A stretch of 64,000 nt of DNA from positions 18,414,001 through 18,478,000 of the forward strand of contig NC_043017.1 in NCBI RefSeq assembly GCF_006345805.1, given 5' to 3'. The notes beneath the pieces were generated by a model that worked only from the letters and a program-made list of their open reading frames with translations, was not told the DNA's origin and ran no database searches. A program made the translations under genes and the position numbers. Shown one piece after another: positions 52,232 through 64,000 of this stretch; position 1 is the first letter of the stretch, and each line of letters begins with the position of its first letter. The DNA comes from Octopus sinensis (taxonomy: Eukaryota).

Positions 52232-52414
52232 CTTCAGGGACCAAATGTTGAGCCAACCTTTTAAACAGCCAGTGGCAAGCATTAATGCATTGGGAGAGAA
52301 TGACAAACTCGTTACTTTAGAAATATGCCCGACAAATACATATAAAGGCTTCAGGTTATTGTCGGAGCGGTGTTCAGGAAGTGTGTCTTCAGCTGGTGGA
52401 CAACTTGATGTTGC
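52232..52414 (-). CDS. HERC1: HERC1 exon (WD40)
   Basis: ATSS...GHISKVTSLSFSPNALMLATGCLKGWLNIWSLK|GTGAGT. Confidence 0.9.
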
Positions 52415-53803
52415 CTGAAATGGGAAAATAGATGCTATTTTAACAGCAGCAGAAACAATTCTAAGCAAATACGACCAGACAGTCATTATTCCTTATAACT
52501 TTAATAGTAATAATAACGTTTATAATTACATTGGTGCACGTAAACATTGGACGTTTTAGAAATGTCCTTTTTATTTGGATGCCTAAATTTATAGAATTTT
52601 ATAACATTCTATTGTTAAGGCTAAAAAATTTCTAGTGTGTTGGCAGAAGTTTTGCTCCTTAGATCTGGTTTCCACCTGTTTGGTTGTTAACAGAAGCTGA
52701 GGAGGTCGGCAGTGATGATAACCCAGGTCAATAGCATTGTAGTTGTGACCTGTGGGTCGAGGAGTCTAGCACAAAGACCCTTTAGCATCTAAACTGGCGA
52801 TATCAGACTGAAATATTCTACCTGTTTTATGTTCAAACTGGCCAGATCCAGCCTCTCACACCCACCCTACAACATCATTCTAAAAATAAACGACATTTCA
52901 AAGCTATGAGACATTGAAGGAGTTATTTATAAAATGCGAATAAATAAGCATCACATTTGACAAAGTAATCTAAATCCTAAAGGAGTTGATCTTATACAGA
53001 AGAAGAAAATAACAAAAACATCAACAAAGTACACTTAAAAGAGAGAGAGTACATACAATACTCTACACAGACAGTACACATATATATAGGTGCAGGAGTG
53101 GCTGTGTGGTAAGTAGCTTGCTTACCAACCACATAGTTTTGGGTTCAGTCCCACAGTGTGGCACCTTAGGCAAGTGTCTTCTACCATAGCCTCGGGTCAA
53201 CCAAAGCCTGTGATTGGATCTGCTAGACAGAAACTGAAAGAAGCCTGTCATATGTGTGTGTGTGTTTGTCCTCCCACCATCATTTGACAATCAATGCTGG
53301 TGTGTTTACTTCCCCGTAACTTAGTGGCTCGGCAAAAGAGTCCAATAGAATAAGTCCTGTGGTTGATTTGTTTGACTAAAGGCAGTGCTCCAGCATGGCC
53401 ACAGCCAAATGACTGAAACAAATACAAGAATAGTTTACTACTCTATAGAAAGAACCCACAGTGCTCTACACGGAGCATACGATATAGTGTGCTACACAAA
53501 GAGTATGTAAAGTACTCTAGACAGCCTACCCTACACTGTACTCTACATAGAAAGTGAAGCATATGCATCATAATCTACAAAGAGAGTACACAATAATAAA
53601 CTACACAGTGAGAACACGTACTTGAAAGCATACACAGAATACTACAGAGAAAGTACAGTTTTTACACAGATTATATTACACCACATTTCATAGACTACAC
53701 ACGGTACATCACACAGAAAGTACACTAGGCAGCAAACACATACAGTAAACTACAGCAAACACACATAGAAAGTGCAGTGAAGTTATACAAATAAAATGAT
53801 TAC

Positions 53804-53915
53804 TTCAGACAATTCCTCTTGAGACTCCATGGCATAAACATTTGGAGATAGGAAAGCCTCATGGGGCGAAGGTTGGGCAATGTTCCACAGATAGACACAA
53901 CCATTTTCACAGCCA
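53804..53915 (-). CDS. HERC1: HERC1 exon (WD40)
   Basis: (V)GCENGCVYLWNIAQP...EELSE|GTAATC. Confidence 0.85.
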
Positions 53916-54676
53916 CTGAAATAAGAAGAAATCAGCAAATTAATTAATACTGCTTTATAATTGAGGTACAAGGAATGAAATTTGGGAGGGGAGAAAGAAA
54001 TTGGCCGATACCAATTGGCATCAGTACTTCAACAGTAGAACTTCATTTTATTGATTCTGTCCCAGAAGGGAAAAAAAGCAAAGTGGATTTGGTTCATTTT
54101 GCTTGTCATACACAACAACCCCAGTAACTTTATCATCACTAACATCATCAACACCATCACTAAATTCATTATCATCATAATTTCCACGAGCCATAATGTT
54201 CACATATATATGTATCTATGTTCATATACAATAATTATTCTTGAACAAAACTATTATCAACAGTGACTTCGAAGTTTCAGCCTGCTGAGCCACACACACA
54301 TACTTCAAGTGGACTTTTGCATGGTATTCCTGTATCTATTTCACTAGTTCATGGGTTTAGGTCAACTTGAACCTACATCAGAAGACACCCAAGGTACTGC
54401 TCAGTGAGTTAAACCCTGAACTATGTAGTCATCTAGTGAATTCCTTAACTACACAGCCATAAGGTGCAGAAAAGTACAACACAATACAGTAGAGTACTAT
54501 GCAATGCAATGAAGTACAGTACTGTGAACAGTCACTCATGAACGAGCAGGTCTTGGTAACATTTACCAGTTTTGCTAATCGTTTGTGACCCCTACGTGGT
54601 CCCTATGCACAGAAGAAACAAACATCCTCTTGCTATCTTCATCCTTGACTCTGCAGCATATCCACAACGTGAGATT

Positions 54677-54707
<31 letters not shown>

Positions 54708-55268
54708 GCACTGGTGCTAGGTTGGCATGCTTTTATAGCTAAGTAAACTGGAGGAACAACAATGCAAAATGAATTAGGTTTTATCAGGGACACAATATGT
54801 TGGATCAGTCCAGGAATTGAACCTAAGGCCTTATGGTTGCAAACCAAGCATCATGACATGTATGAGAAGCTAACAGACAAAATGAAAATGTCACAGTTTC
54901 TATTTAACAAGAAGCATTTTTGGTTATCTAATAAACATTACTCTACATAGGTTGTTTTATGTTTGTTGCTTTAGCACCAGGAGATCCATGATCAAAGACA
55001 ACCCAGACATGACCATCCTACATTTCTTTTTATCTACCAGTATGTCCTTCTTTAACAATGAAGTGAGTAGAATATCCCCTGAATGGCATGCTAGTCTGTT
55101 GCAGGGTTAACCATTTACAGCTGAGTGGACTGGGGCAACATGAAAATGAAATGCTTTGCTTAAGAGCACAACACACCACCCAGTCTGGGAATTGAAACCA
55201 TGACCTTGCAGTTGTGAGTGCAACACCCTAACCACTAGGCCATACGCCTTCATTATGAATATAAAAAT

Positions 55269-55314
<46 letters not shown>

Positions 55315-55348
55315 CAAGAGAGAGAGAGAAGTTAGCATCAGTCCTTAC

Positions 55349-55551
55349 ACAGCAAACGTAAGCGCTTTATCGTCACCAACCCCAACCATCTTACACCACT
55401 CAATCATGGAAACACTGCATTTGTGCTTCAGGGAATACACGCATTGGATGGACTTTCTCTTGTGAAGCCAGATTTTCACACACGAATCATCGATGGCAAA
55501 ACTTCCAATCAACAGTCCAGTCGGGTCATACTTGATACATTCAATGGCCGT
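55349..55551 (-). CDS. HERC1: HERC1 exon (WD40)
   Basis: TAIECIKYDPTG...CVKIWLH...LTFA(V)|GTAAGG. Confidence 0.88.
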
Positions 55552-56198
55552 CTGCAACGAAAACGAAACACAAAGTTTGAGTTTTATTAATTTAGGTGAT
55601 AATTACTGGTACTATATTTTATCAACCATGAAAGGACCAAAGGCAAACTTGACTTTGACAGAATTTGAACTCAGAATGTAAAGATAGATGCAATGCCATT
55701 CAACATTTTGCCCAGTGTGCTTATGATTCTGCTAGCTCTTTGCCTCCTCCTTCTTCTTCTTTTGTTACAACTTATTACACCTCTCCATGTACATCACATT
55801 CTGTTACACCTCTGTATGTATGTCACAGTCTATTACACCCTTTGTTTATAAGAGTGCTTGAAGTTTAGTATATATTATTATATAAAATAAAGTACCAGAC
55901 AATAATAGTGTATAGCAGTACATGTTATCTATTTATATCAAACCGAACTCTAAAGTAATAAAGCTGTCTATTATCACCTAAATTAATAAAACTCAAACTA
56001 TATCAAATGGAATTATTTATTCAAATTAGTCAAACCTCTTCAAATGCATTAACTATAATCATTTAAATGAATTGAATCAGTCGATTATATGAAATGGAAT
56101 TCTGTTAATTAACTCCAGATTCATTACTAGTTAGTTACATCAAATAAACCTTACTTGTAGTAATTAAGTAAATTAAACAATAAAAGCTCGTTACTTAC

Positions 56199-56323
56199 AT
56201 TGAACGCATCGACAGTAAGGGGTTGTTTGAAGTCAACTCTGCTACACAGTGACAAGGTTCCATCACAGAATCCAACAGCAAATCTTTTGTCCTCGCTGGG
56301 CCAGGCCAGACACTTCACAGGGA
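56199..56323 (-). CDS. HERC1: HERC1 exon (WD40)
   Basis: (V)PVKCLAWPSEDKRFAVGFCDGTL...VDAFN|GTAAGT. Confidence 0.87.
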
Positions 56324-56845
56324 CTGTGTGTACAGAGAAGACAACCGCATCATTAGACAGACATTTACACAATACATATATATATCATCAGCAGCAGGAT
56401 TTAGTGTCCGCTTTCAATACTGGCATGGGGGTGGGGTACTTTGACTAGAACTGGTAAGCCATAGTCTGATTCAGCATTCAAAATGCCAACCACTCCAACA
56501 GTGTAGTGGGTGCTTTTTACAGGTCCCTAGCACTGGCCATGACTGTGTGTGTGTATATCATGTGACTGACCAGGCTATCAGATGTTGTTACACATCGCTG
56601 GTCACAATGTACTTCAAATGATGCCACCCAACGTTTCATAATTATCTATTATCTTTTATTTGTTTCAGTCATTAGACAGCGGCCATGTTGGAGCACTGCC
56701 TTGAAGACTTTTAGTGGAATGCATCAAGTCTGGTACTTATACTATCAGTATCTTCTGATGAACTGCTAAGTTATAGGGATGTATACATACCAAACCAGTT
56801 TTCAAGTGCTGAGGAAAAAACACAAAGATACATACACAAGCACAC

Positions 56846-56891
<46 letters not shown>

Positions 56892-57173
56892 TATATATGT
56901 ATGTATGTGTGTGTGTGACAGGCTTCTTTCAGTTTCCATCTCCTAAATTCACTCACAAGGCTTTGGTTGAGCTGGTACTATAGTAGAAGGCACATGCCTG
57001 AGGTGCCACACACAGGGGTTGAACCCAGAACCATGTGGTTGGGAGGCAACTTTCTTACCACACAGCCATGCCTGCGCCTATATATAATTATAATGTTTAA
57101 AAAAAGACAAGCCTCTGAGGACGCAGAGGCGTCATCTGCATACAAAACAACAATGGTGACTCAATCAACAGAC

Positions 57174-57374
57174 CTTTTCTGTAGCAGTGTTCCAATTCCA
57201 GACGACAGAAGGAATTGTCTCCATGGATGTCAACGACAGCAACTGAACCATTGACCCGGCCGATCAAGAGCATGTCGACACTGTTCTTGTGAATGCCCTC
57301 GGCCACACCTTTGCTCTGTGGCCAGGTCATGGCAGTGATTAAGTTTGGATTGACGTCTACATAACCTTTTTGAC
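57174..57374 (-). CDS. HERC1: HERC1 exon (WD40)
   Basis: (G)QKGYVDVNPNLITAMTWP...LLIGRVNGSV...ELEHCYRK. Confidence 0.87.
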
Positions 57375-57815
57375 CTGAAACAGAGAATCACAAGATGAAT
57401 GGTGAGATGACTACATATCACGAGATGATCTTGAGAATTCTTAAACAACAACGACTGGACTCTGGATGAAGAGTTTAGGAAAAGTATAAATAAATACAAA
57501 AAAAAGAAATCACCAGTCCCCCCCCTCCCACCACCACCACCACCACCACCACCACAACCTGTCCCCCATCACCCCCCACCTATCTCGATACCCCACCCTC
57601 ACGACCTGTCCCTTTCCCACCCAACACCACCTTTACAGTCACTACTCCCCCCACCAGCCTGACACTATCACCAGTACCACAAGCTTGCACCACCGCCACC
57701 ACCACAGAAGCCCCCCACACTCCCCAGACATCCCACACTCTCCAGACATCCCAGTCTCCCAGACATCCCAGTCTCCAACACAACCCCCCACCCAACAATA
57801 CCCATAGTTACGTAC

Positions 57816-58018
57816 CTGACATCTCCCATACGTTCATGATGTTATTCATCGATGCAGCCACCAATGTACCAGTGCAGTTCCAGCAAATATTCTCTGGTGC
57901 ACATTCCTGCACATACGATTCACAACTTCCTTCTTCTTTCTGGAACACGCACGTATGTTCCAGGTATTGATGAGAACGGTTGGGAAGATGCCACACTCGA
58001 AGGGTACTGTCAAAACCA
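57816..58018 (-). CDS. HERC1: HERC1 exon (WD40)
   Basis: (S)GFDSTLRVWHL...ICWNCTGTLVAASMNNIMNVWEMS. Confidence 0.88.
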
Positions 58019-58044
58019 CTGCACAGAGATAACCAAACAATTAT

Positions 58045-58081
<37 letters not shown>

Positions 58082-58110
58082 TAATAATAATAATGATGAT
58101 AATAATAATG

Positions 58111-58151
<41 letters not shown>
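58045..58151. repeat. (AAT)n/(GAT) trinucleotide microsatellite
   Basis: Direct reading. Confidence 0.9.
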
Positions 58152-58152
<1 letters not shown>

Positions 58153-59739
58153 GTTTCAAATTTTGTCACAAGGGAAATAATTTTGGGAGAGAAGATATGT
58201 CAATTACATTGACCCCAGTGTCTCACTGGTACTTAATTTATTGAACATGAAAGGATGAAAGACAAAGTCGACCTTGGCAGAATTTGAACTCAGAACATAG
58301 CAACAGATGCAATACCGCTAAGAATTTCACCTGGCATGCTAGCGATTCTGCCAGCTCCCTGCCTGAAAGGATGAAAGGCAAAGTTGACGTTGGCGAAATT
58401 TGAACTCAGAATGTAGCAACGGGCAAAATACCACTAAGCATTTCATCCAGCGTGCTAATGATCCTGCCAGCTCGCCGCCTTAACAACAATAAATGACAAT
58501 GACAACAATGGTTTCAAATTTTAACACAAGGCCAATAATTTGGAGGAAGAGATCAATTACATAGACCCCAGTAGGGGGACTGGTACAAAAGCTGAATGGT
58601 AAAATTGACTTCAGCAGGATTTGAACTCAGAATGTGATAACTAATCAAATATCAGTTCTAAGATCTGCCGTCACGAATGGACAAATGGATTAATTAGATA
58701 CCATTCTCAATCTCTAAAGTGGACAACTGTTAATCAGGACAGTAATAAACAGTGTGCATTAATTAGAACAACAATAGATGCTGTGTGCTAATTAGGACAA
58801 TGCTAATCAGTGTGTGTGTGTTAATTAGGACAATAACAAATGCTGTATCAAGACAAGGTCTTGACAGGGTACGTAGCCATGGGATCAGGGACTCTTTTGA
58901 GGCTGAGTTGCTATTTCTCCTCATTGAGAGGTCACAGCTCCAGTACTAAGGACATGTGATTAGAATGTCACAGGGAAGAACCATGAGACGGATTCTTCAA
59001 GCCAGCCAACCAGCAGAAGACCTTGGGGCAGAGGAAGAATGAAATGGTTGAACAATAGCTCTGACCTCAGTTGGTCAAGCTTAGGAAGCCAACCAGAAAG
59101 CGTAATGATGGGACCCAATGGAAGAGGCTCCTGAAGACTCTACCTCCATGACCCCCACCCCCACCCCACTCCAGGAATAGTGGGTGGAGAGGATGCACAG
59201 ATGGATGGACAATAATAATTGCTATGTGTTAATTTGGATAACAATAATTATTGTATATCAAATTGGACATTACTAATTGCCGTATATGAAGGCGCATGCC
59301 TCAGTGGTTACAGTTTCAGGCTCGCAATCATGAGATAATGAGTTCGATTCTTGGACTGCACTGTGTGTTGTGTTCTTGAGCAAGACTCTTTATTTTCACA
59401 TTGCTCCAGATCATTCAGCTGTAGAAATGGGTTGCAATGTCACTGGTGCCAAGCTGTATTGGCCCCTTTGCCTTTCCCTTGGATAACATTAGTGGCATGG
59501 AGAGCAGAGGCTGGTATGCATGGGTGACTGCTGGTCTTCCATAAACAACCTTGCCTGAACTTGTGCCTTGGAAGGGAACTTTGTCGGTGCAATCCCATGG
59601 TCATTCATGACCGAAGGGGATCTTTACACTTTTACCCTAATTGCCGCATGTTAATTAGGTGATCAATAATTGCAATATGTTAATTAAGTTGTTACTAATT
59701 GCTATACCTTGAGTAGAGTGTGTAAAGAAATGATCTCAC

Positions 59740-60037
59740 CTTGTGGCTAACAAGTTCTTCTTCTCACTCCACACAGAAGAATCCAATCTGTCTTGATGGC
59801 CTTCCAGTTTTGTGACGGAACACTTTGAGAGGTCATGGGCCAAATCTGCCATATTTTCATTGTGATCGCAGCTGGATCGTATCTGAGAGGATATGGAACG
59901 GACTAACTGTTTGGCGGCCCATTGGCGGTGTTGGTGAGGTACATAGGAAGAGATGATGCAGGCGGCTAAAGCATCCGTCAAGGTCAACGAGGTGATCTTT
60001 TCGTGAAGAAACGGACCAGATTCTTGTAGAGAAGGAT
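59740..60037 (-). CDS. HERC1: HERC1 exon (WD40 start)
   Basis: PSLQESG...LTDALAACIIS...HRQWAAKQLV...KLEGHQDR...KKNLLAT. Confidence 0.88.
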
Positions 60038-60561
60038 CTAGAAGGAAAATTAAGAGGAAAATCTTCTACAGACCATTTACAGAGAATGACAGGAAGATGG
60101 GCAGGATTCGTGAGCAACAAAAATAGGATGACTTACATGTTAGAAGGTAGGGGTAGAGTATGGGGGGTGCAATGAGATGTGTGTGGGGTGTGTGATATGG
60201 TTGTATGGGTGTCTAGTGTTGTATGTGTGTGTGTATGTAAGGTATGTAAGGTAGACATAGTGAATGCCAACACAAATAAGCAAGAATTGGGAAATAATGT
60301 TTCCTGAATGATGAGAGAGGGAGATGAGAGAGAGAGAGAGATGTGAGAGAGAGAGAGAGAGGTAAAAGGTAAGAGAGAGAGAGATGATAGAGGGATGAGA
60401 TTTGTAAGAGATATGTGAGTGAGAGAGAATGAAATGAATTAGATAAAAACTTGCAAGAGATGAAAAAGAGAGGTGAAAGTGAGACACACATGATGAGAGA
60501 TTGGAGACAGAGAGAGATAAGTTAGATGTGAGATGAAACAAGTAGGTATTGTGATCCATAC

Positions 60562-60757
60562 TTTTCATTTCTTCAGCGACATTGTGTGCCATCAATTTCT
60601 TGCTCCATCCTTGACTAGCCAATAAAGAGACAAGGGCTTGGGTGACAGAAAAATTAGGTGAGGTCATTCTCTCTTGAACCACAGCATTCTGCAACTGTCT
60701 TTGGTGGGCAGGGACATCAGGATTGGCACTCCAACCTGTGGCAGCTTGCATTAATTC
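60562..60757 (-). CDS. HERC1: HERC1 exon
   Basis: ELMQAATG...SPNFSVTQALVSLLA...AEEMK|GTATGG. Confidence 0.83.
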
Positions 60758-61887
60758 CTACAAAATAGAAATATTGAAGAGGGTGGAGTGAAGTGGGAGA
60801 AAGAAGGAAGATATCATCATTTAACATCTGTTTTCTATGCTGGCATAGGGTAAGCAGTTTTGGAAAGGTTTTTATAGCTGAATGCCCTTCCTAATGCCAA
60901 CCACCTTGCAGAGTGGACAGTGGTTTTTATGAGTCACTATAAATGAATATGTAAAAATATTAATAAAATTATGGCCATCTATGTAACATACTTAATGCAG
61001 TAGATACATCTTTGAAAGGAAATCTACTGTGGTATTTGTCCAAAAAACAATATCTCTTATGGATGTGCTGTATTTAAAAACAGTTTTTCTAAGCTCTTTA
61101 AAAGAACTCAGAAGGTTGGGCCTACAACCAGGCCTTTTGTGATACCCTTAAAGCCAGGAATTTTTCAGCACCCTCTTATACATTTACACACACACACAGA
61201 TGTATGCATATGAAGGTAGTGGTTACAGTGTTGCACTCATGGGTCACAAGACCCCAGTTTTGATTCCCAGACGACAAGCAGTGTATCGCATTCTTGAGCA
61301 AAACACTTCATTTCACATTGCTCCAGTCAGCTCAGCTATAAATGGGTAACCCTGTCACAGATGGGCATTCTGTTCAGAGGTGATGTTCACCTACCCAAAA
61401 CTTTGAACTAATTATCAAGGTTTTCCTTGTAAATATATATACATACACCTGTATTTATCTGAATCTGTAGGGTGGAAGGACATCCAGCCATAAAAACCAT
61501 GCCAAAGTAGACACTGGAGCTTACTGCAGTCCTCTGGCTTCACAGCTCTTGTCAAACCGTCTAACCCATGCCAGCATGGAAAACGGACATTAAATCATGA
61601 TGATAATGAGATATATATACATATATATCAACATTTAAAAACTGTTGTAATACTTACAATATTTAATAAAATGATGTAGCATGAAACGATCGTACCAAAT
61701 TAACTAAGTTATTCTTGTTGCTTGTTTTTGATTATAATCACCCCATGGATTTATATGGATAACACCATACAAAATTCTGGTTCATCTAACTTAAGTACCA
61801 TATTCATTTGAATCTAAATTTTGCTGAACTTATATATATATATATATATATAGTGTAGAAGAGAGAGAGAGAGAAAGAGAGACTTAC

Positions 61888-62116
61888 CTGTGAACAGACT
61901 TTGACGAGTTGTTTGAGAGAAAGTGGATTCTCCTGGGCCAAAGCTCCAATGGCAGCATTCAGGTAAGAAAGACATTCTGCTGGTTCAGTGACTTGTAATG
62001 AAGATGCAGACATATCGAGCTTCCCTGCAGCACAGAACTGCATCAAACGGACAACGAGCATGATGTCTGAAAGCCCAATGTTTTCAAGGGCAGCAGATAA
62101 ACTGCAGGACGGACCA
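61888..62116 (-). CDS. HERC1: HERC1 exon
   Basis: (S)GPSCSLSAALENIGLSDIMLVVRLMQFCAAGK...LVKVCSQ|GTAAGT. Confidence 0.87.
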
Positions 62117-62359
62117 CTGTGGACGGAAAGAGAGAGGAGGATAGAGCTTCAATTTCTACATGGACAGAGAAAAGTATTAAAAACAATGAACTGTATAGGC
62201 ACAGGAGTGGCTGTGTGGTAAGTAGCTTGCTAATCAACCACGTGGTTCCAGGTTCAGTCCCACTGCATGGCATCTTGGGCAAGTGTCTTCTGCTATAGCC
62301 TCAGGCCATCCAATGCCTTGTGAGTGGATTTGGTAGACGGAAACTGAAAGAAGCCCGTC

Positions 62360-62423
<64 letters not shown>

Positions 62424-62822
62424 TTGTGTGTCTGTGTTTCTCCCCCTAGCATTGCTTGACAACCGATGCTGGTGTGTTTATGTCCCCGTCACTTAGCAGT
62501 TCGGCAAAAGAGACCGATAGAATAAGTACTGGGCTTACAAGTCAAACCATCCAACCCATGCCAGCATGGAAGGAGGATGTTAAATAACGATGATGATGTA
62601 GTATATAGTGTAAAGATTCAAACATCATCATTGTCTTTTGAAATCCTGCTATATTTCACATGCAGTTTTTGGTCCTCCGCAATCCACCTTTATTTTGGTC
62701 TGAAAAATTCAAACTGTATGCTAGAGAACACAATTCTTCCTAGAGACATCATACAAGGCGTGCTCAGGTATTAGATATTTCCTAGTTTATAATACAACAT
62801 GTACATGATATTAGATACTCAC

Positions 62823-62997
62823 CTATCACTAAGGAGTGCAAGGGCTTTCATAACCATGGTTCTAGCAAGGAGTACTTGCATTGCCGATGTTATTCGTTGC
62901 AGAGCAAGCATTCGTTCATGTGGAGTCCGGAGACAGACAGCTTGTTCACCGAGGGATTTCAAATTCTTTACGCTCTTTACAGCACGGGCAGTGGCAG
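62823..62997 (-). CDS. HERC1: HERC1 exon
   Basis: ATARAVK...LGEQAVCL...ALQRITSAMQVLLARTMVMKALALLSD|GTGAGT. Confidence 0.87.
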
Positions 62998-63241
62998 CTA
63001 GAATAATATAGGAGAGAGAAGGGAAGTAATTGAGAGAGAGAGAGAGAGAGAGAGATCCACAGAGAGATGGACAGATACAAAGAGAGACACACACAGATAG
63101 AGAGAGAGAGATAAAGAGAGACAAGGAGAGACAAAGTGACAGAGATTGAGTCAGTTACAGATTTTTGTGGAGTATGAAACAAAATCATGTCAAGAACACA
63201 CACTCACACACCACACACACTCACACACACACGCGTGCGCA

Positions 63242-63275
<34 letters not shown>

Positions 63276-63307
63276 TTACATTGTATGATAGCAATGGCGT
63301 GACTTAC

Positions 63308-63499
63308 ATAGTGATGTTATGAGGTCATCAGAGGTGTGTCCTCTGACAAGTTTCTCTCCTAGGGGATCAGCTTCTGAAAAGTGGACAACATCTGGGGCCG
63401 GGCGCCTCTCAGACAAGCCTAACCTTAAAAGGAGTTTCTCACTATCATTAACTGGAACTTTCTCTAAAGGTGACTCAGTGTTCAGCAAGCTGGCATCAT
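63308..63499 (-). CDS. HERC1: HERC1 exon (most 5' in window; gene continues to the right)
   Basis: DASLLNTESP...LLLRLGLSERRPAPDVVHFSEADPLGEK...ITSL|GTAAGT; phase-consistent. Confidence 0.83.
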
Positions 63500-64000
63500 C
63501 TGAATACATCGATAAAAGAAATGAAAATACAAATTAGAACAGTTCTCTTTTGATAAGCATTTGCTAATCAGTATTTAAGTCAATTTCCTGCTATGGTGTT
63601 TAATTGATGCAGTCTTAGGGAATGAAACGGAGATGTATGATGTTGGCAGGAAACGTAAATGTCAAATTCTACAGACTTCCTTAACAAAATTCCATTTTTT
63701 TCAAAATTTCATAAAAACAAGAAAAACTATCAAAAAGTAAAATAGAAAAAGAAAAAAAACACAAAATGTTTAAATTAAAATTTATAAAAAAAAAATTAAG
63801 ATTTAGGTTCAGAACTGGCTGAGTGGTTGAGAAGCATGCTTTGCAACCACAACATTTCAGGTTCAATTCCAGTGAGTAGCACCTTGGGCAAGTGTCTTTT
63901 ATTCCAGCTCCAAACCATCCAATGCCTTGTGAGGGAATTTGGTTGACAGAAGCTGTGTGGAACCTCATTGTGTGCACATTTGTGTGTGTGTGTGTGTGTG

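Noticed and set aside
54261-54291. GAAAC-TTCGAA-GTC hammerhead 3' half on the minus strand
   Set aside because: The CUGANGA half is missing.
54575-54651. Possible extra HERC1 exon (RVKDEDSKRMF...)
   Set aside because: The reading frame ends in a stop, and the flanking exons 55349-55551 and 53804-53915 already join in frame.
57520-57800. C-rich tract (G-rich on the transcribed strand), potential G-quadruplex
   Set aside because: Low-complexity intronic sequence with no further evidence of function.

Overview
Eukaryotic (metazoan) genomic DNA, AT-rich and dense in microsatellites and SINEs. The repeat landscape suggests an octopus or other coleoid cephalopod (inference). There are three protein genes, all on the minus strand: (1) a SOSS complex subunit B / NABP (SSB1/2-like OB-fold) gene, with 5 coding exons at 8369-894 and its 3' end beyond the window; (2) an intronless NSUN6 tRNA m5C methyltransferase (21824-20415); (3) the 3' part of a HERC1 giant E3 ligase (31 phase-consistent exons, 63499-25431: WD40, RCC1-like domain, HECT). 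The most notable signal is three 154-nt box C/D guide RNAs, about 1 kb apart in a single SOSS-B intron. Each has a terminal stem, boxes C and D, a long internal hairpin capped by GU repeats (scaRNA-like), and an antisense element complementary to the anticodon loop of elongator tRNA-Met. The D+5 rule places the methylation on wobble C34, so these look like an invertebrate, triplicated SNORD97/SCARNA97-like tRNA-methylation guide cluster. Also present: two Penelope-type hammerhead ribozyme motifs, a DD36E Tc1-like transposon relic, a Helitron nested in a mariner MITE, several long foldback hairpins, and a partial exon duplication in HERC1 that may act as a poison exon.
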